Below, in pieces: positions 43,413 through 54,122 of a stretch of DNA of 64,000 bases. Location: NCBI GenBank assembly GCA_902617045.1, contig CACMVA010000001.1, forward strand, positions 274,902 to 338,901. Reading direction: 5' to 3'. How positions within the stretch are numbered: the first letter of the stretch is position 1; the number at the start of each line of letters is the position of its first letter. The position numbers and the translations under genes are program-made. The notes under the pieces were generated by a model. That model searched no databases. It had not been told where the DNA came from and saw only the letters and a program-made list of their open reading frames with translations. The DNA is from an uncultured SAR86 cluster bacterium. Lineage in GTDB: Bacteria > Pseudomonadota > Gammaproteobacteria > Magnimaribacterales > D2472.

Positions 43413-43639
43413 TTCTTCTCTAAATCAGAGATCCTTTCCTCAAGGTTATCAATAATTCTTTTGAGATTTTCATATTTTGTTTTTTTGACATAGCCACTTT
43501 GTTCTACAATTTTTTCAATTTGAGGAAAAATACTGTCCTCAATATTTTTAACTGCATCTTTTGGAATTAGCTTGCTAAAAATTTTAAGCTCTTTCTCAAT
43601 AATACTTTTAAGCGCTTCTGTTAGATCTTTATCTTTCAT
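43409..43639 (-). CDS. Small coiled-coil protein, UbiK/YqiC (BMFP)-like
   Basis: 76-aa ORF. The C-terminal YVKKTKYENLKRIIDNLEERISDLE resembles the UbiK-family signature. Assigned from memory of the family. Confidence 0.45.
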   Translation of the reverse strand: MKDKDLTEALKSIIEKELKIFSKLIPKDAVKNIEDSIFPQIEKIVEQSGYVKKTKYENLKRIIDNLEERISDLEKN

Positions 43640-44336
43640 ATTTATCTTTTATTATATTTGTTAAATTTTGCCAAGATGAGAATTCATCTGGTTTTTCAAA
43701 ATTTTGCTCCCATTCATCATGATTATTATTAAACCATAAGCAATCTATACCAAGATTATCGGCAGCATACATGTCATTTATTTGATGATCACCAATATGA
43801 AGCATATTTTCAAAAGTAACATCATTTACTTGGGCTAAGGCCATATCAAAATGAGATCTGTTTGGCTTGCTGTCTCTGGCCTCAAGAGAGCTGATAGAAA
43901 ACTTAAAATATTTTCCAATCTTAAATTTATAAATATCTGCATTTCCATTGGTTAATATCCCTAGTAAGTATTTTTTTGATAAGTTTGAAATACATTCTTC
44001 CACTCCATCAAAAAACACAATTTCATGCCTTTTAGATATAAAAATATCAAATGCACTTTCTACAATCTCATTCCTTAACTTTATTGGATTTACATGAGAT
44101 AGTTTTTTTCTAAAGATTTCCTTTCTGAGCTTGCTTATGTCCCATGCAATGCTTTTATCTTCTTTTATTAATTCTTCTCTAAGTTCTAAAAAATCATTAA
44201 AATCACCCCACTCAACTTTGCCAACTTTATCTTCTATCCATTTTCTTGTGTCTATTTCTGCCTTAATTATTGTTGGACGGTTATCCCACAAGGTGTCATC
44301 CAGATCAAAAGTTATCATTTTTATTTTCTTATTCAC
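43629..44336 (-). CDS. HAD-superfamily hydrolase (YigB-like)
   Basis: 235-aa ORF with HAD motif [10 protein letters not shown] and motif [10 protein letters not shown]. Downstream of xerC, as in E. coli. Confidence 0.7.
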   Translation of the reverse strand: MNKKIKMITFDLDDTLWDNRPTIIKAEIDTRKWIEDKVGKVEWGDFNDFLELREELIKEDKSIAWDISKLRKEIFRKKLSHVNPIKLRNEIVESAFDIFISKRHEIVFFDGVEECISNLSKKYLLGILTNGNADIYKFKIGKYFKFSISSLEARDSKPNRSHFDMALAQVNDVTFENMLHIGDHQINDMYAADNLGIDCLWFNNNHDEWEQNFEKPDEFSSWQNLTNIIKDKYER

Positions 44337-45229
44337 TTTTTTGCTCGTGGGTGTGATTTGTCATAAATTTTTGCCAAATGCTGATAATCTAATTTTGTAT
44401 ATATCTGAGTAGTTGATAATGAGCTATGACCAAGAAGTTCTTGTATAGTTCTAAGATCGCCACTGGATTCAAGCATATGAGTAGCGAAACTATGTCTTAG
44501 CATATGAGGATGAACTGGTGGCAGGCCTTGCTTTATTGCCATTTTTTTTAACCTCAGTTGAATGCTTCTAACCGATAGTCTTGAACCTTTCGAATTTAAA
44601 AAAAGCGCATCGGTATTATTTGAAATTTTCATCCGCTCATTCAACCAATTATTAATTGCGTTAATAGCGAATCTACCCATTGGCACCAATCTTGTTTTAG
44701 AACCCTTTCCTATTACTCGCAGAAAAGACATATTTTCTTCAAAATCACTAATATTTATGTTTACAGTCTCTGAAACTCGTAATCCTGATGAATACATTAG
44801 TTCAACTATAGCCATGTCTCTAATCTCTATTGTATTAGAGGGCTTAAAGTTCAAAAGTTGTTCAACATCCTCTGGAGAAAGAACGTCAGGTAAAGTATTT
44901 GATGATTTTGGCGCAGTAACCAGTTCAAAAGGTGACGAGCTTATAAGATTGTTTTTTTTTAAAAATCTAAAAAATCCTTTTGCAGATGATAAGTGCCTCT
45001 GAATACTTTTAGGCTTATTATTTTGTGAATACAGGTCTCCTATCCATGCAGAACAGATTTCCTCTTTAATGTCTGAATAATTTGTTACATTTAATTTCTC
45101 TAGAAATAGATAAAGTTTTTTAAGATCTCTTTCATATGATTTTGTTGTATTTTCTGAGAGATTTTTTACTTGTGAGACAAAAACGAGGTATTCATTAATG
45201 TCATTAAGAATAGGCGAGGTATTCTTCAT
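44333..45229 (-). CDS. xerC: Tyrosine recombinase XerC
   Basis: 298-aa ORF with catalytic RHSFATH...[13 protein letters not shown]. Sits in the dapF-yigA-xerC-yigB synteny. Confidence 0.9.
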   Translation of the reverse strand: MKNTSPILNDINEYLVFVSQVKNLSENTTKSYERDLKKLYLFLEKLNVTNYSDIKEEICSAWIGDLYSQNNKPKSIQRHLSSAKGFFRFLKKNNLISSSPFELVTAPKSSNTLPDVLSPEDVEQLLNFKPSNTIEIRDMAIVELMYSSGLRVSETVNINISDFEENMSFLRVIGKGSKTRLVPMGRFAINAINNWLNERMKISNNTDALFLNSKGSRLSVRSIQLRLKKMAIKQGLPPVHPHMLRHSFATHMLESSGDLRTIQELLGHSSLSTTQIYTKLDYQHLAKIYDKSHPRAKK

Positions 45230-45232
45230 ATA

Positions 45233-45853
45233 TTATTTTGATAATTTTTTCTCTAAAACATCCCTTATATATTCTATAAAAGTAGTATCTTCGTCACCAA
45301 GATATTTAGACCTATCATAGCTTCCTAACATCAAAAGACCAATTTGACTTTCAACAAGCACTACTGAAATTACCATAGATTCAACTTTTTTATCTTTAAA
45401 TAAAACTGACATTTTTTCTGAAGAGAATGATCCGCAATGAATAGCCCCTTTATGAAATGAAAGATCAGTTTCTTTTTCAAGTTCATCAATCTTCCCATTT
45501 TTATAAAATTTAAGTATTGGCTTGTCCACTTTAAAGTCTTTTTTAAAGGCATCTTCGACTACTTTTATAATCTCTTTTTTAGAATTAGATTCAAGAATTT
45601 TTAATGTGAGACTCTTTGATTTATTGAATAAATCTTCGTTTATGTTGGCTGTTTCAACGAAAGATGATAATAAATTTATAAGATTCTTATGTTCTTCTCT
45701 AAGTTTTAATATTTGTCTTTCAAGAATCGATGAGGCAGAACTAGAAGAATGTTTAAATTTCATCTCTCCAACAAGTGACTCTCTACTTTCAAAGAAATCT
45801 AAATTATCAAGTAAGAACAGCTCAACATCTTTGGGATTTAATTCTTTAGTCAC
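45233..45853 (-). CDS. DUF484 family protein (YigA-like)
   Basis: 206-aa ORF between dapF and xerC, the conserved position of yigA. Confidence 0.65.
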   Translation of the reverse strand: MTKELNPKDVELFLLDNLDFFESRESLVGEMKFKHSSSSASSILERQILKLREEHKNLINLLSSFVETANINEDLFNKSKSLTLKILESNSKKEIIKVVEDAFKKDFKVDKPILKFYKNGKIDELEKETDLSFHKGAIHCGSFSSEKMSVLFKDKKVESMVISVVLVESQIGLLMLGSYDRSKYLGDEDTTFIEYIRDVLEKKLSK

Positions 45854-46625
45854 TTATATTTCCTCGATATATAAAACTTGCAGGACCTGCCATTAATATA
45901 CCATTTTTATTTTTTTCAAAGTCCAATTCACCACCAATTGACCTTACTTTTAGAAGTTTATCCTTAATATAATATGAAGCAACACATAATGCAGCTGACC
46001 CACATGACAGGGTTTCACCAACGCCATTTTCATAAGTTCTTATATCAATATTGTTTCCATTTTTTTTAAATATTGACAAATTAATATCGAGTTCTTTAAT
46101 AACACCCTCAAGATTTTTATATTTTTCGTTGAGATTAACTTTTTTAATAGATTTCATTTTTATGCAAAGATGATTATTGCCGATATTCGAGATAAAGAAA
46201 TCATTTACGGATTTATTTTTTAATTTGCTATGTAAACTTTTGTGCATAATTTTTTCTGGTGAATCTACATAAACCTGAATCATTTTTTTCGTTTTAGGCT
46301 CACAAATAATGTTTTTTGTTTTGGTTTGGAAATTTACTGTTCCTACAGGAGCAAAACTATTGTTCCAAATATATTTTGCAGCACACCTTATGCCATTGAG
46401 GCACATTCCAGCTTCTGACCCATCAGCATTAAAAAATCTTATAAAAAAGTCCTGATTAGGCTTCGTTGGAAGATCAATTTTTATTAGCTGATCAAACCCT
46501 ATTCCAATATTTCTATCAGATATATTTATTATTTTATTCTTGTTAATTTTTAATTCATTCTCAATTGAATTTACAATGATGAAATCATTGCCGTTACCAT
46601 GCCATTTTTCAAAATTAAGATACAA
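45846..46625 (-). CDS. dapF: Diaminopimelate epimerase
   Basis: 259-aa ORF with a TTG start, the GNGNDF motif and two catalytic Cys regions. Confidence 0.9.
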   Translation of the reverse strand: MYLNFEKWHGNGNDFIIVNSIENELKINKNKIINISDRNIGIGFDQLIKIDLPTKPNQDFFIRFFNADGSEAGMCLNGIRCAAKYIWNNSFAPVGTVNFQTKTKNIICEPKTKKMIQVYVDSPEKIMHKSLHSKLKNKSVNDFFISNIGNNHLCIKMKSIKKVNLNEKYKNLEGVIKELDINLSIFKKNGNNIDIRTYENGVGETLSCGSAALCVASYYIKDKLLKVRSIGGELDFEKNKNGILMAGPASFIYRGNISD

Positions 46626-46654
46626 GACTTACCTCATTTAATAAAAATATGACT

Positions 46655-46735
46655 TTAGAAAATTAGAGGACCCTTTACACCGCATCCAGATAAAAGTAAG
46701 AAGATAATTAAACTAAAAATTTTAGTGAAACTCAT
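46655..46735 (-). CDS. lptM: Minimal LptM/YifL-like lipoprotein (26 aa)
   Basis: Not in the ORF track. Hand translation gives MSFTKIFSLIIFLLLSGCGVKGPLIF. The lipobox LSGC plus CGVKGPL matches the E. coli YifL N-terminus (..LTGCGLKGPLYF). It lies directly upstream of dapF, as in E. coli. Confidence 0.55.
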   Translation of the reverse strand: MSFTKIFSLIIFLLLSGCGVKGPLIF

Positions 46736-46780
46736 AAATAGTATTATGAGTTTAAATTATCTAAATTGATATAAAAGCTT

Positions 46781-48175
46781 TTAGTATTTATATGTTTCCT
46801 CTTTAAAAGGCCCCTCTTGTGGAACATTAATATAATCAGCTTGTTCTTTCGTAAGCTGGGTTACTGTTCCTCCAAAACCTTCAACCATAAGGCTAGCAAC
46901 TTCTTCATCAAGTTTCTTCGGCAAAACTTCAACAGTTAGCATTTCTGCTTTTTTGTCAGCATCGTTTATATTTGCAAAACCTTGTTTATATAAATGAATT
47001 TGTGCAAGAACTTGGTTGGCAAAAGATCCGTCCATAATTCTACTAGGATGCCCTGTTGCATTTCCAAGATTTACTAATCTTCCTTCAGCTAGCAAAATAA
47101 TATAGTTTTTGCTAGACAAATCAGGAGTTCCGTCTGGAGCTGTATCTCTAAAAACTCTATGAACCTGAGGCTTAATCTCATCCCAGTAGTAATTTTCTCT
47201 CATATAAGCAGTATCAATCTCATTATCAAAATGACCAATATTACATACAACTGCAGTATTTTTTAAAGTGCTTATCATTGCAGAATCACAAACATTTACA
47301 TTACCAGTGGTAGTTACTATTAGATCCGTATCACCCATGACATCCATATTAATATCCTTGGGATCTCTTGTAACTACACCATTTTTGTAACATGAAACAA
47401 CTGCAAATCCATCCATGCAAGCCTGCATCGCACAAATTGGATCTGATTCAACAACACTTACTATCATGCCTTCTTGAGCCAAACTTGCAGCCGACCCTTT
47501 ACCAACATCTCCATAACCAATTACTAACCCTTTCTTACCAGAAAGCAACATATCGGTTCCTCTTTTTAGAGCATCATTAAGACTATGTCTGCATCCATAT
47601 TTATTATCATTTTTTGCTTTTGTAACTGAGTCATTTACATTAATAGCAGGAATTTTTAGCTCGCCTTTTTCTAGCATCTCTTTTAACCTATGCACCCCAG
47701 TAGTTGTTTCTTCAGACACACCATGAATAGTCTCTAACATGTCAGGAAATTTAGCATGCACCATAGCTGTAAGATCACTTCCATCATCAAGAATCATGTT
47801 TGCATCCCATGGCTTTCCATCTTTACAAATAGTTTGTTCAATACACCACTCGTACTCCTCTTCAGTTTCACCTTTCCAAGCAAATACAGGAACTCCTTTT
47901 GCAGCCATTGCTGCTGCCGCATGATCCTGTGTTGAAAATATGTTACAGGATGACCATCTTAATTCTGCTCCTAGATCGAGTAATGTTTCCATCAAAACAG
48001 CAGTTTGAATAGTCATGTGAATGCATCCCATTATTTTCGCACCAGCCAAAGGCTGCTCATCTCTATATTTATCCCTTAATGCCATTAAGGCTGGCATTTC
48101 ATTTTCTGCAAGAGATATTTCTCTCCTTCCAAATTCAGCAAGTTTTATATCAGCAACTTTATAATCGTTTTCCAT
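46781..48175 (-). CDS. ahcY: Adenosylhomocysteinase
   Basis: 464-aa ORF with NAD site GYGDVGKG and typical length including the bacterial insertion. Confidence 0.95.
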   Translation of the reverse strand: MENDYKVADIKLAEFGRREISLAENEMPALMALRDKYRDEQPLAGAKIMGCIHMTIQTAVLMETLLDLGAELRWSSCNIFSTQDHAAAAMAAKGVPVFAWKGETEEEYEWCIEQTICKDGKPWDANMILDDGSDLTAMVHAKFPDMLETIHGVSEETTTGVHRLKEMLEKGELKIPAINVNDSVTKAKNDNKYGCRHSLNDALKRGTDMLLSGKKGLVIGYGDVGKGSAASLAQEGMIVSVVESDPICAMQACMDGFAVVSCYKNGVVTRDPKDINMDVMGDTDLIVTTTGNVNVCDSAMISTLKNTAVVCNIGHFDNEIDTAYMRENYYWDEIKPQVHRVFRDTAPDGTPDLSSKNYIILLAEGRLVNLGNATGHPSRIMDGSFANQVLAQIHLYKQGFANINDADKKAEMLTVEVLPKKLDEEVASLMVEGFGGTVTQLTKEQADYINVPQEGPFKEETYKY

Positions 48176-48195
48176 ATTAATTTCCTTATATTTAT

Positions 48196-49350
48196 TTATT
48201 GTGAAATTTCTGATGCTTTGTCAGTCTTTTCCCATGAAAGATCAATATCAGTCCTTCCAAAATGACCATAAGCCGCTGTTGGAAGATAGATTGGTCTTTT
48301 GAGATCAAGCATATTTATAAGACTTTTAGGCCTAAGATCAAATTTTTCCTCAACTATTTTTTCAATAGCCTCTTTTGACACTTTTTCGCTATTAAATGTA
48401 TTTACATTAATTGATGTAGGCTTAGCTACTCCAATTGCATATGAAACTTGAATTTCACAATAATCTGCAAGCCCGGCTGCAACAATATTTTTAGCTACAT
48501 ATCTTGCTGCATAGGCTGCTGATCTATCAACTTTTGATGGATCTTTTCCTGAAAATGCACCACCACCATGTCTTGCCATACCGCCATAGGTATCTACAAT
48601 AATTTTTCTTCCAGTAAGACCGCAATCACCAACTGGACCACCAATTACAAATTTACCTGTTGGATTGATATATATCTTTGTTGAATCTAGTATCCATTCT
48701 TGAGGAACAATTGGCTTAATGATATTTTCCATTACTCCTTCTTTAATTTCATCTTGTGTAACATCTTCATCGTGTTGGGTTGAAAGTACAATTGCTGAAA
48801 GACCCTCAATTGTCTTTCCGTCATCTGAGTAAATTGCACTTACCTGGCTTTTTGCATCAGGTCTTAGCCATGAAAGCCCATTGCTTTTCATAACTACTGA
48901 TTGTTGTCGTACTAGTCTATGAGAAAGATCAATTGGAAGAGGCATAAGTGCTTCAGTTTCAGTACAGGCATAACCAAACATCAGTCCTTGGTCTCCAGCA
49001 CCTTGTTCTAGATTTTCGCCTTCTCCTTCGGTAACTCCTTGAGAAATGTCTGGAGATTGTTCAAAAACTAAGTTTGTAAATTCACATGTGTCGCCATTAA
49101 AGCCATATTCATCATTATCGTATCCGATATCCTTAATGGTCTGTCTAACTACAGGCTCCAAATCAGGGCTTCCAGTTGAAGTTATTTCACCAGCAATAAA
49201 TACCATATTATTTTTAATCATAGTCTCGCATGCAACTCTACTATTAGGATCTTCTGCTAAATATGCGTCCAAAACAGCATCTGAAATTTGATCACAGACC
49301 TTATCTGGATGTCCTGCCGAAACAGATTCTGAAGTAAATATATAACTCAT
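48196..49350 (-). CDS. metK: S-adenosylmethionine synthase
   Basis: 384-aa ORF with motifs GHPDK, GAGDQG and GGGAFSGKD. Confidence 0.95.
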   Translation of the reverse strand: MSYIFTSESVSAGHPDKVCDQISDAVLDAYLAEDPNSRVACETMIKNNMVFIAGEITSTGSPDLEPVVRQTIKDIGYDNDEYGFNGDTCEFTNLVFEQSPDISQGVTEGEGENLEQGAGDQGLMFGYACTETEALMPLPIDLSHRLVRQQSVVMKSNGLSWLRPDAKSQVSAIYSDDGKTIEGLSAIVLSTQHDEDVTQDEIKEGVMENIIKPIVPQEWILDSTKIYINPTGKFVIGGPVGDCGLTGRKIIVDTYGGMARHGGGAFSGKDPSKVDRSAAYAARYVAKNIVAAGLADYCEIQVSYAIGVAKPTSINVNTFNSEKVSKEAIEKIVEEKFDLRPKSLINMLDLKRPIYLPTAAYGHFGRTDIDLSWEKTDKASEISQ

Positions 49351-49521
49351 TTTTTTCTCCCTGAATTTAAACTGTGAAGAATTATTTTATAGAGTGCTTA
49401 CTAAAAAAGAATTGAGATCACAATATGGCTATTTTATATCAAAAAACATGAAATATTTAAATTATGTCGTTGCTTTTTATTGCAAAAATATTATTATCTT
49501 TTTATCTAACGGGGAAAAAAT

Positions 49522-51510
49522 TTGCAGCATACAGTTCCTACTAACGCATTAAGATTTCTATCCATCGATGCTGTTCAAAAAGCTAATTCTGGTCATCCTG
49601 GCATGCCTATGGGGATGGCAGAAATAGCAACCTCTTTATGGGGCAAACACTTAAATCATAACCCACTGAATCCTCATTGGTTTGATAGAGATAGATTTGT
49701 TCTTTCAAATGGGCACGGTTCGATGCTTTTGTATAGCTTACTTCATCTAACCGGATACGATATATCAATAGATGATCTTAAAGATTTTAGGAAGTTACAT
49801 TCAAAAACTCCTGGACATCCCGAATATGATATAGATATTGGAATTGAAACAACCACAGGTCCATTAGGCCAAGGTATTGCAAACGCTATTGGCATGGCGG
49901 TATCAGAAAAAATAATGGCAGCCGAATTTAATGAAGATGATATTAAACCAATTAATCACTATACATATGCTTTTTTAGGTGATGGTTGTCTTATGGAAGG
50001 AATCTCGCATGAGGTATGTTCATTTGCTGGAACACACAAACTAGGAAAACTAATTTGTTTTTACGACCAAAATGGAATTTCAATTGATGGAGAAATTGAA
50101 AATTGGTTTACAGATGACTCTATAAAAAGGTTTGATAGCTATGGTTGGCAAACTATATGTGTAGATGGCCATAATATTGAAGAAATCGATAAAGCTATAG
50201 TCGATGCAAAAAATGAGACAAATAAACCAACAATGATTTTTTGCAAGACAATAATTGGTTTTGGATCTCCAAATAAGTCAGGAACTGCTGATGTTCATGG
50301 AGCAGCATTGGGAGAGGAAGAAGTAATAAAAACCCGAGAAGCTCTTAATTGGGATCATGATGCATTTAAAGTTCCTCAAGAGGCATATGATTTTTGGGAT
50401 TCAACCAAAAAAGGCTCTGCATTAAATTTGGATTGGGATAATTTGATTAAAACCTACGACGAAAAATATCCTGATAAATCAGCAGAACTTAGAAGAAGAA
50501 TTAAGGGCGACTTACCTGATGATTTTGAGAATAGTTTTAAAACCTTTTTGTCAGAATGTGATAAAAATAATACGCCAATGGCAACAAGAAAGTGCTCAAA
50601 AGCATGCCTTGATTTTTTTGTAAAAGAATTACCAGAATTAATTGGTGGATCTGCTGATTTAACTCCATCAAATAATACTTTTTCATCGTCAAGTTCTACT
50701 TTCTCAAATGAAAATCCCTCAGGTAATCATATTAACTACGGAGTAAGAGAGTTTGGAATGTCTGCAATTATGAATGGCATGGTTCTTCATGGTGGCATAA
50801 AACCATATGGTGCAACTTTCTTGGTATTTACTGACTATGCTAGAAACGCAGTAAGATTATCAGCCCTAATGGAGATACCAAGTATTTTCGTATATACACA
50901 TGATTCAGTAGCTCTAGGTGAAGATGGTCCAACACATCAGCCTGTAGAACATATGGTAACTCTGAGATCTACTCCAAATTTAAATAGCTGGAGGCCGGCA
51001 GATCTTGTAGAAACTGCGGTAGCTTGGAACGAGGCAGTTAAATCAAAAAAAACACCAACTTGTTTAATCTTTAGCAGACAAGGAACTTCAGCAATATCAC
51101 GGACCGAAGATCAATTGTCTTTAATTAACAAGGGTGGTTACCTTATCGATGAAAGTGACAACTCTGATATTACTCTCATTGCATCAGGAAGCGAAGTTCA
51201 ATTGATCATAGATGCAGCAAAAGAACTAAAAAATCACTCTATCTCTGCTAATGTTGTATCAATGCCGTCTTTAGATTTATTTTTACAGCAATCTGAGGAA
51301 TTCCAGAGTTCAATAATTAATCCTGATAAACCAATACTCGTTGTTGAGTGTAGTCATCCTAATTCTTGGTACAGGATTTTAAATAGAAAAGATAAAGTAA
51401 TTGGAATAGAAAGTTTTGGAGAATCTGCTCCAGGCAGTGAATTACTTGAGCATTTTGGGTTTAATACTGAAAATGTTGTTAATTCAGCTAAATCATTACT
51501 AAATGATTAA
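49522..51510 (+). CDS. tkt: Transketolase
   Basis: 662-aa ORF with a TTG start and TPP motifs SGHPG and GDGCLMEG. Confidence 0.95.
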   Translation: MQHTVPTNALRFLSIDAVQKANSGHPGMPMGMAEIATSLWGKHLNHNPLNPHWFDRDRFVLSNGHGSMLLYSLLHLTGYDISIDDLKDFRKLHSKTPGHPEYDIDIGIETTTGPLGQGIANAIGMAVSEKIMAAEFNEDDIKPINHYTYAFLGDGCLMEGISHEVCSFAGTHKLGKLICFYDQNGISIDGEIENWFTDDSIKRFDSYGWQTICVDGHNIEEIDKAIVDAKNETNKPTMIFCKTIIGFGSPNKSGTADVHGAALGEEEVIKTREALNWDHDAFKVPQEAYDFWDSTKKGSALNLDWDNLIKTYDEKYPDKSAELRRRIKGDLPDDFENSFKTFLSECDKNNTPMATRKCSKACLDFFVKELPELIGGSADLTPSNNTFSSSSSTFSNENPSGNHINYGVREFGMSAIMNGMVLHGGIKPYGATFLVFTDYARNAVRLSALMEIPSIFVYTHDSVALGEDGPTHQPVEHMVTLRSTPNLNSWRPADLVETAVAWNEAVKSKKTPTCLIFSRQGTSAISRTEDQLSLINKGGYLIDESDNSDITLIASGSEVQLIIDAAKELKNHSISANVVSMPSLDLFLQQSEEFQSSIINPDKPILVVECSHPNSWYRILNRKDKVIGIESFGESAPGSELLEHFGFNTENVVNSAKSLLND

Positions 51511-52648
51511 CCTATCATCATTAGATCTTAATAATAAAAACTTAGTCATAAGAGTGGATATGAATGTCCCAATTAAAGACGGGGATGTTCTTGATTCAAC
51601 AAGAATTAAGGCATGCTTGTCAACTATTGAATACGCACTTGAAAATAATGCAAAAGTTCTTTTGATAAGTCACTTGGGTAGACCTATTGAAGGAAATTTT
51701 GAGGAAGAGTTTTCACTAAAACCTGTTGCAAATGAACTAAGTAAAATCATAAACATGGATGTTGAACTTATTGATACATTAGAATCTAATAAAATTTTTA
51801 AGTCATCATCAAATATTCAAGTTTTAGAAAATATAAGATTTTTTGAAGGAGAAAAAGAGAATTCTCAAGAGTTAGGCTATAAATTAGGATCTCTTGGAGA
51901 TATATATGTTTTTGATGCTTTTGGGACTGCGCACCGAGAACAGGCATCGACTCATGCTGCAATAATGAATGCTCCAATAGCTTGCTCTGGACTATTGCTA
52001 GAAAAAGAAGAAAATTTCTTATCGCAGGCGCTTAAAAAATATGAAAGACCTTATGTTGCTATCATAGGTGGCGCAAAAGTTTCTACAAAACTTGATCTTA
52101 TAAAGCATATTAATGAAGTCGCAGACCATATTATCGTAGGTGGAGGTATTGCAAATACTTTTATAAAGTCTTCAGGCCTTAATGTTGGAAACTCACTAAC
52201 TGAAGAATCAATGTTAGAAACAGCAAAGAGCATCTTGGATAAAGGTAAAATCATACTACCTTATAGAGTATTAACATCTAAAACATTTGAAGGAGAGGAT
52301 ATAAAAGAAACCTCAATAAGCAATATTGGTAATGATGAAATGATTTTAGATTTATACCTTGAGCAGGAGACAAAGACTTTGATTAATAATGCTAAGACTA
52401 TTCTTTGGAATGGACCCATGGGAGTATTTGAAAATTCTTTATTTGAAAATGGCACAAAGGAACTTTCTAAAGAAATTGCTAAGTCTAATGCTTTTTCTCT
52501 TGCTGGAGGAGGCGAAACATTGTCAGCAATAAATAAATATATTAAATCAGATGATGTATCATATTGTTCAACAGGCGGGGGCGCCTTTTTAGAATTTATG
52601 GAGGGTAAAGTTTTACCTTCTATTAAAGCTCTAAATTCAAAAAAATAG
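51503..52648 (+). CDS. pgk: Phosphoglycerate kinase
   Basis: 381-aa ORF with N-terminal RVDMNVP and C-terminal STGGGA. 8-nt overlap with tkt. Confidence 0.95.
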   Translation: MINLSSLDLNNKNLVIRVDMNVPIKDGDVLDSTRIKACLSTIEYALENNAKVLLISHLGRPIEGNFEEEFSLKPVANELSKIINMDVELIDTLESNKIFKSSSNIQVLENIRFFEGEKENSQELGYKLGSLGDIYVFDAFGTAHREQASTHAAIMNAPIACSGLLLEKEENFLSQALKKYERPYVAIIGGAKVSTKLDLIKHINEVADHIIVGGGIANTFIKSSGLNVGNSLTEESMLETAKSILDKGKIILPYRVLTSKTFEGEDIKETSISNIGNDEMILDLYLEQETKTLINNAKTILWNGPMGVFENSLFENGTKELSKEIAKSNAFSLAGGGETLSAINKYIKSDDVSYCSTGGGAFLEFMEGKVLPSIKALNSKK

Positions 52649-52659
52649 GGAGTTAATTT

Positions 52660-53676
52660 ATGTCACTAAATAATATTGAAGATATAGCAGCCTATATTGT
52701 CGCAGATGGCAAAGGTATCTTAGCTGCTGATGAAAGTAATCCAACTTGTGGAAAAAGATTTGATTCTATTGGTGTTGAGTCCACCGAAGAGAATAGAAGA
52801 GATTACAGAGAAATGCTTTTTAGGTCTAAAGGAATGAAAGGCAACATTGGTGGAGTAATATTATTTGATGAGACTATAAGACAATCAGCTGCTGACGGAA
52901 CATTACTTAGAGATTTAATAACTAGTCAAGATGCCCTTCCTGGAATAAAGGTTGATAAGGGTCTTCAACCTATTGATGATTGTCCTGGAGAAACCGTGAC
53001 AGTTGGATTGGATGGATTAGATGAGAGATTAAAAGAATATTCATCTATGGGAGCTAAATTCACTAAATGGAGGGCTGTTATAAATATAGGTGGAGGAATT
53101 CCAACTGATAAATGTATTGACGCGAATATGCAGGCATTAGCGGATTATGCAAAATGTGCTCAAGATAATGGAATGGTTCCTATAGTTGAGCCAGAAGTAT
53201 TAATGGATGGAGTTCACTCTATTGATGATTGCTATGACGCATCTGCTCGTTCTTTAAAATCGCTGTTTGATCATCTTGATAATAAGGGGGTAAATATAAA
53301 GGGCACTATCCTAAAACCTAATATGGTTACTTCTGGAAAAGACTCAGAAATTCAAGCTAGCATTGGCGAGGTCGCTAAGAGAACTTTAGAATGTTTAACT
53401 GAGAATGTTCCATCTGATCTTCCTGGCATAGCGTTTTTATCTGGAGGTCAGTCAGATATCTTGGCTACTGCTCATTTAGATGCGATGAACAAGATTGGTG
53501 GCTTTTCTTGGAAATTAAGTTTCTCTTATGGACGGGCTCTTCAAGCTGCAGCATTGCAAGCATGGGGTGGAAAGCCAGAAAATGTTTTCATTTCTCAAGA
53601 TGAATTATCTCACAGGGCAGAAATGAATAAACTCGCTTCCCTTGGCAAATGGGAAGAAGAACTCGAAGACAGATAA
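52660..53676 (+). CDS. fba: Fructose-bisphosphate aldolase, class I (eukaryote-like Glycolytic family)
   Basis: 338-aa ORF with AADES and the Schiff-base lysine context ILKPNMV. Confidence 0.9.
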   Translation: MSLNNIEDIAAYIVADGKGILAADESNPTCGKRFDSIGVESTEENRRDYREMLFRSKGMKGNIGGVILFDETIRQSAADGTLLRDLITSQDALPGIKVDKGLQPIDDCPGETVTVGLDGLDERLKEYSSMGAKFTKWRAVINIGGGIPTDKCIDANMQALADYAKCAQDNGMVPIVEPEVLMDGVHSIDDCYDASARSLKSLFDHLDNKGVNIKGTILKPNMVTSGKDSEIQASIGEVAKRTLECLTENVPSDLPGIAFLSGGQSDILATAHLDAMNKIGGFSWKLSFSYGRALQAAALQAWGGKPENVFISQDELSHRAEMNKLASLGKWEEELEDR

Positions 53677-53679
53677 GAC

Positions 53680-54117
53680 TTGTTAGCAACTGTTCAAAGA
53701 GTCTCTAGCGCAGAAATAGTTATTGACGGCGAAATTTTTACTTCTATTGGTGATGGATGCTTAATGTTTGTGTGCGTTGAGAAAGATGATGTGTCTCAAA
53801 ACATAAATAATATGGTCAATAAGCTTTTAAATTTTAGGATGTTAGATGGCCCAAAGGGAATAACCTCATCATCCTTAAATGATTCAGGAAAAGAAGTCTT
53901 AATAGTGAGTCAATTTACCTTGGCTGCAATTACAAATAAAGGCAATAAGCCAAGCTTTCATAAGGCAGCTGAACCAGATAATGCCAAATTAATGTATGAT
54001 GAATTTGTATGTGAATTTAAAAAATCATTTCCTAATGTTAAAGAAGGTAAATTTGGAGCTTTTATGGAAATATCTTTGACAAACATAGGACCAGTAACTT
54101 TTAATTTTAAAACTTAA
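53680..54117 (+). CDS. dtd: D-aminoacyl-tRNA deacylase
   Basis: 145-aa ORF with a TTG start, SQFTL and a C-terminal GPVT motif. Confidence 0.9.
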   Translation: MLATVQRVSSAEIVIDGEIFTSIGDGCLMFVCVEKDDVSQNINNMVNKLLNFRMLDGPKGITSSSLNDSGKEVLIVSQFTLAAITNKGNKPSFHKAAEPDNAKLMYDEFVCEFKKSFPNVKEGKFGAFMEISLTNIGPVTFNFKT

Positions 54118-54122
54118 ATAAT

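Noticed and set aside
44562-45896. 146-aa and 124-aa plus-strand ORFs antisense to xerC and the DUF484 gene
   Set aside because: Both are typical antisense-frame open stretches in AT-rich coding DNA. They are Ser/Phe/Leu-rich with no motifs, and the sense-strand genes are well supported by motifs and synteny.
49351-49521. Possible SAM or SAH riboswitch in the 171-nt leader of the metK-ahcY operon
   Set aside because: I read both strands for SAM-II/SAM-V-like (U-tract plus AAAGC pseudoknot) and SAH-riboswitch (GC-rich) signatures. I found only a trivial TTGC/GCAA hairpin. I cannot support a riboswitch without a covariance-model search (Rfam/Infernal), which would be the decisive test.
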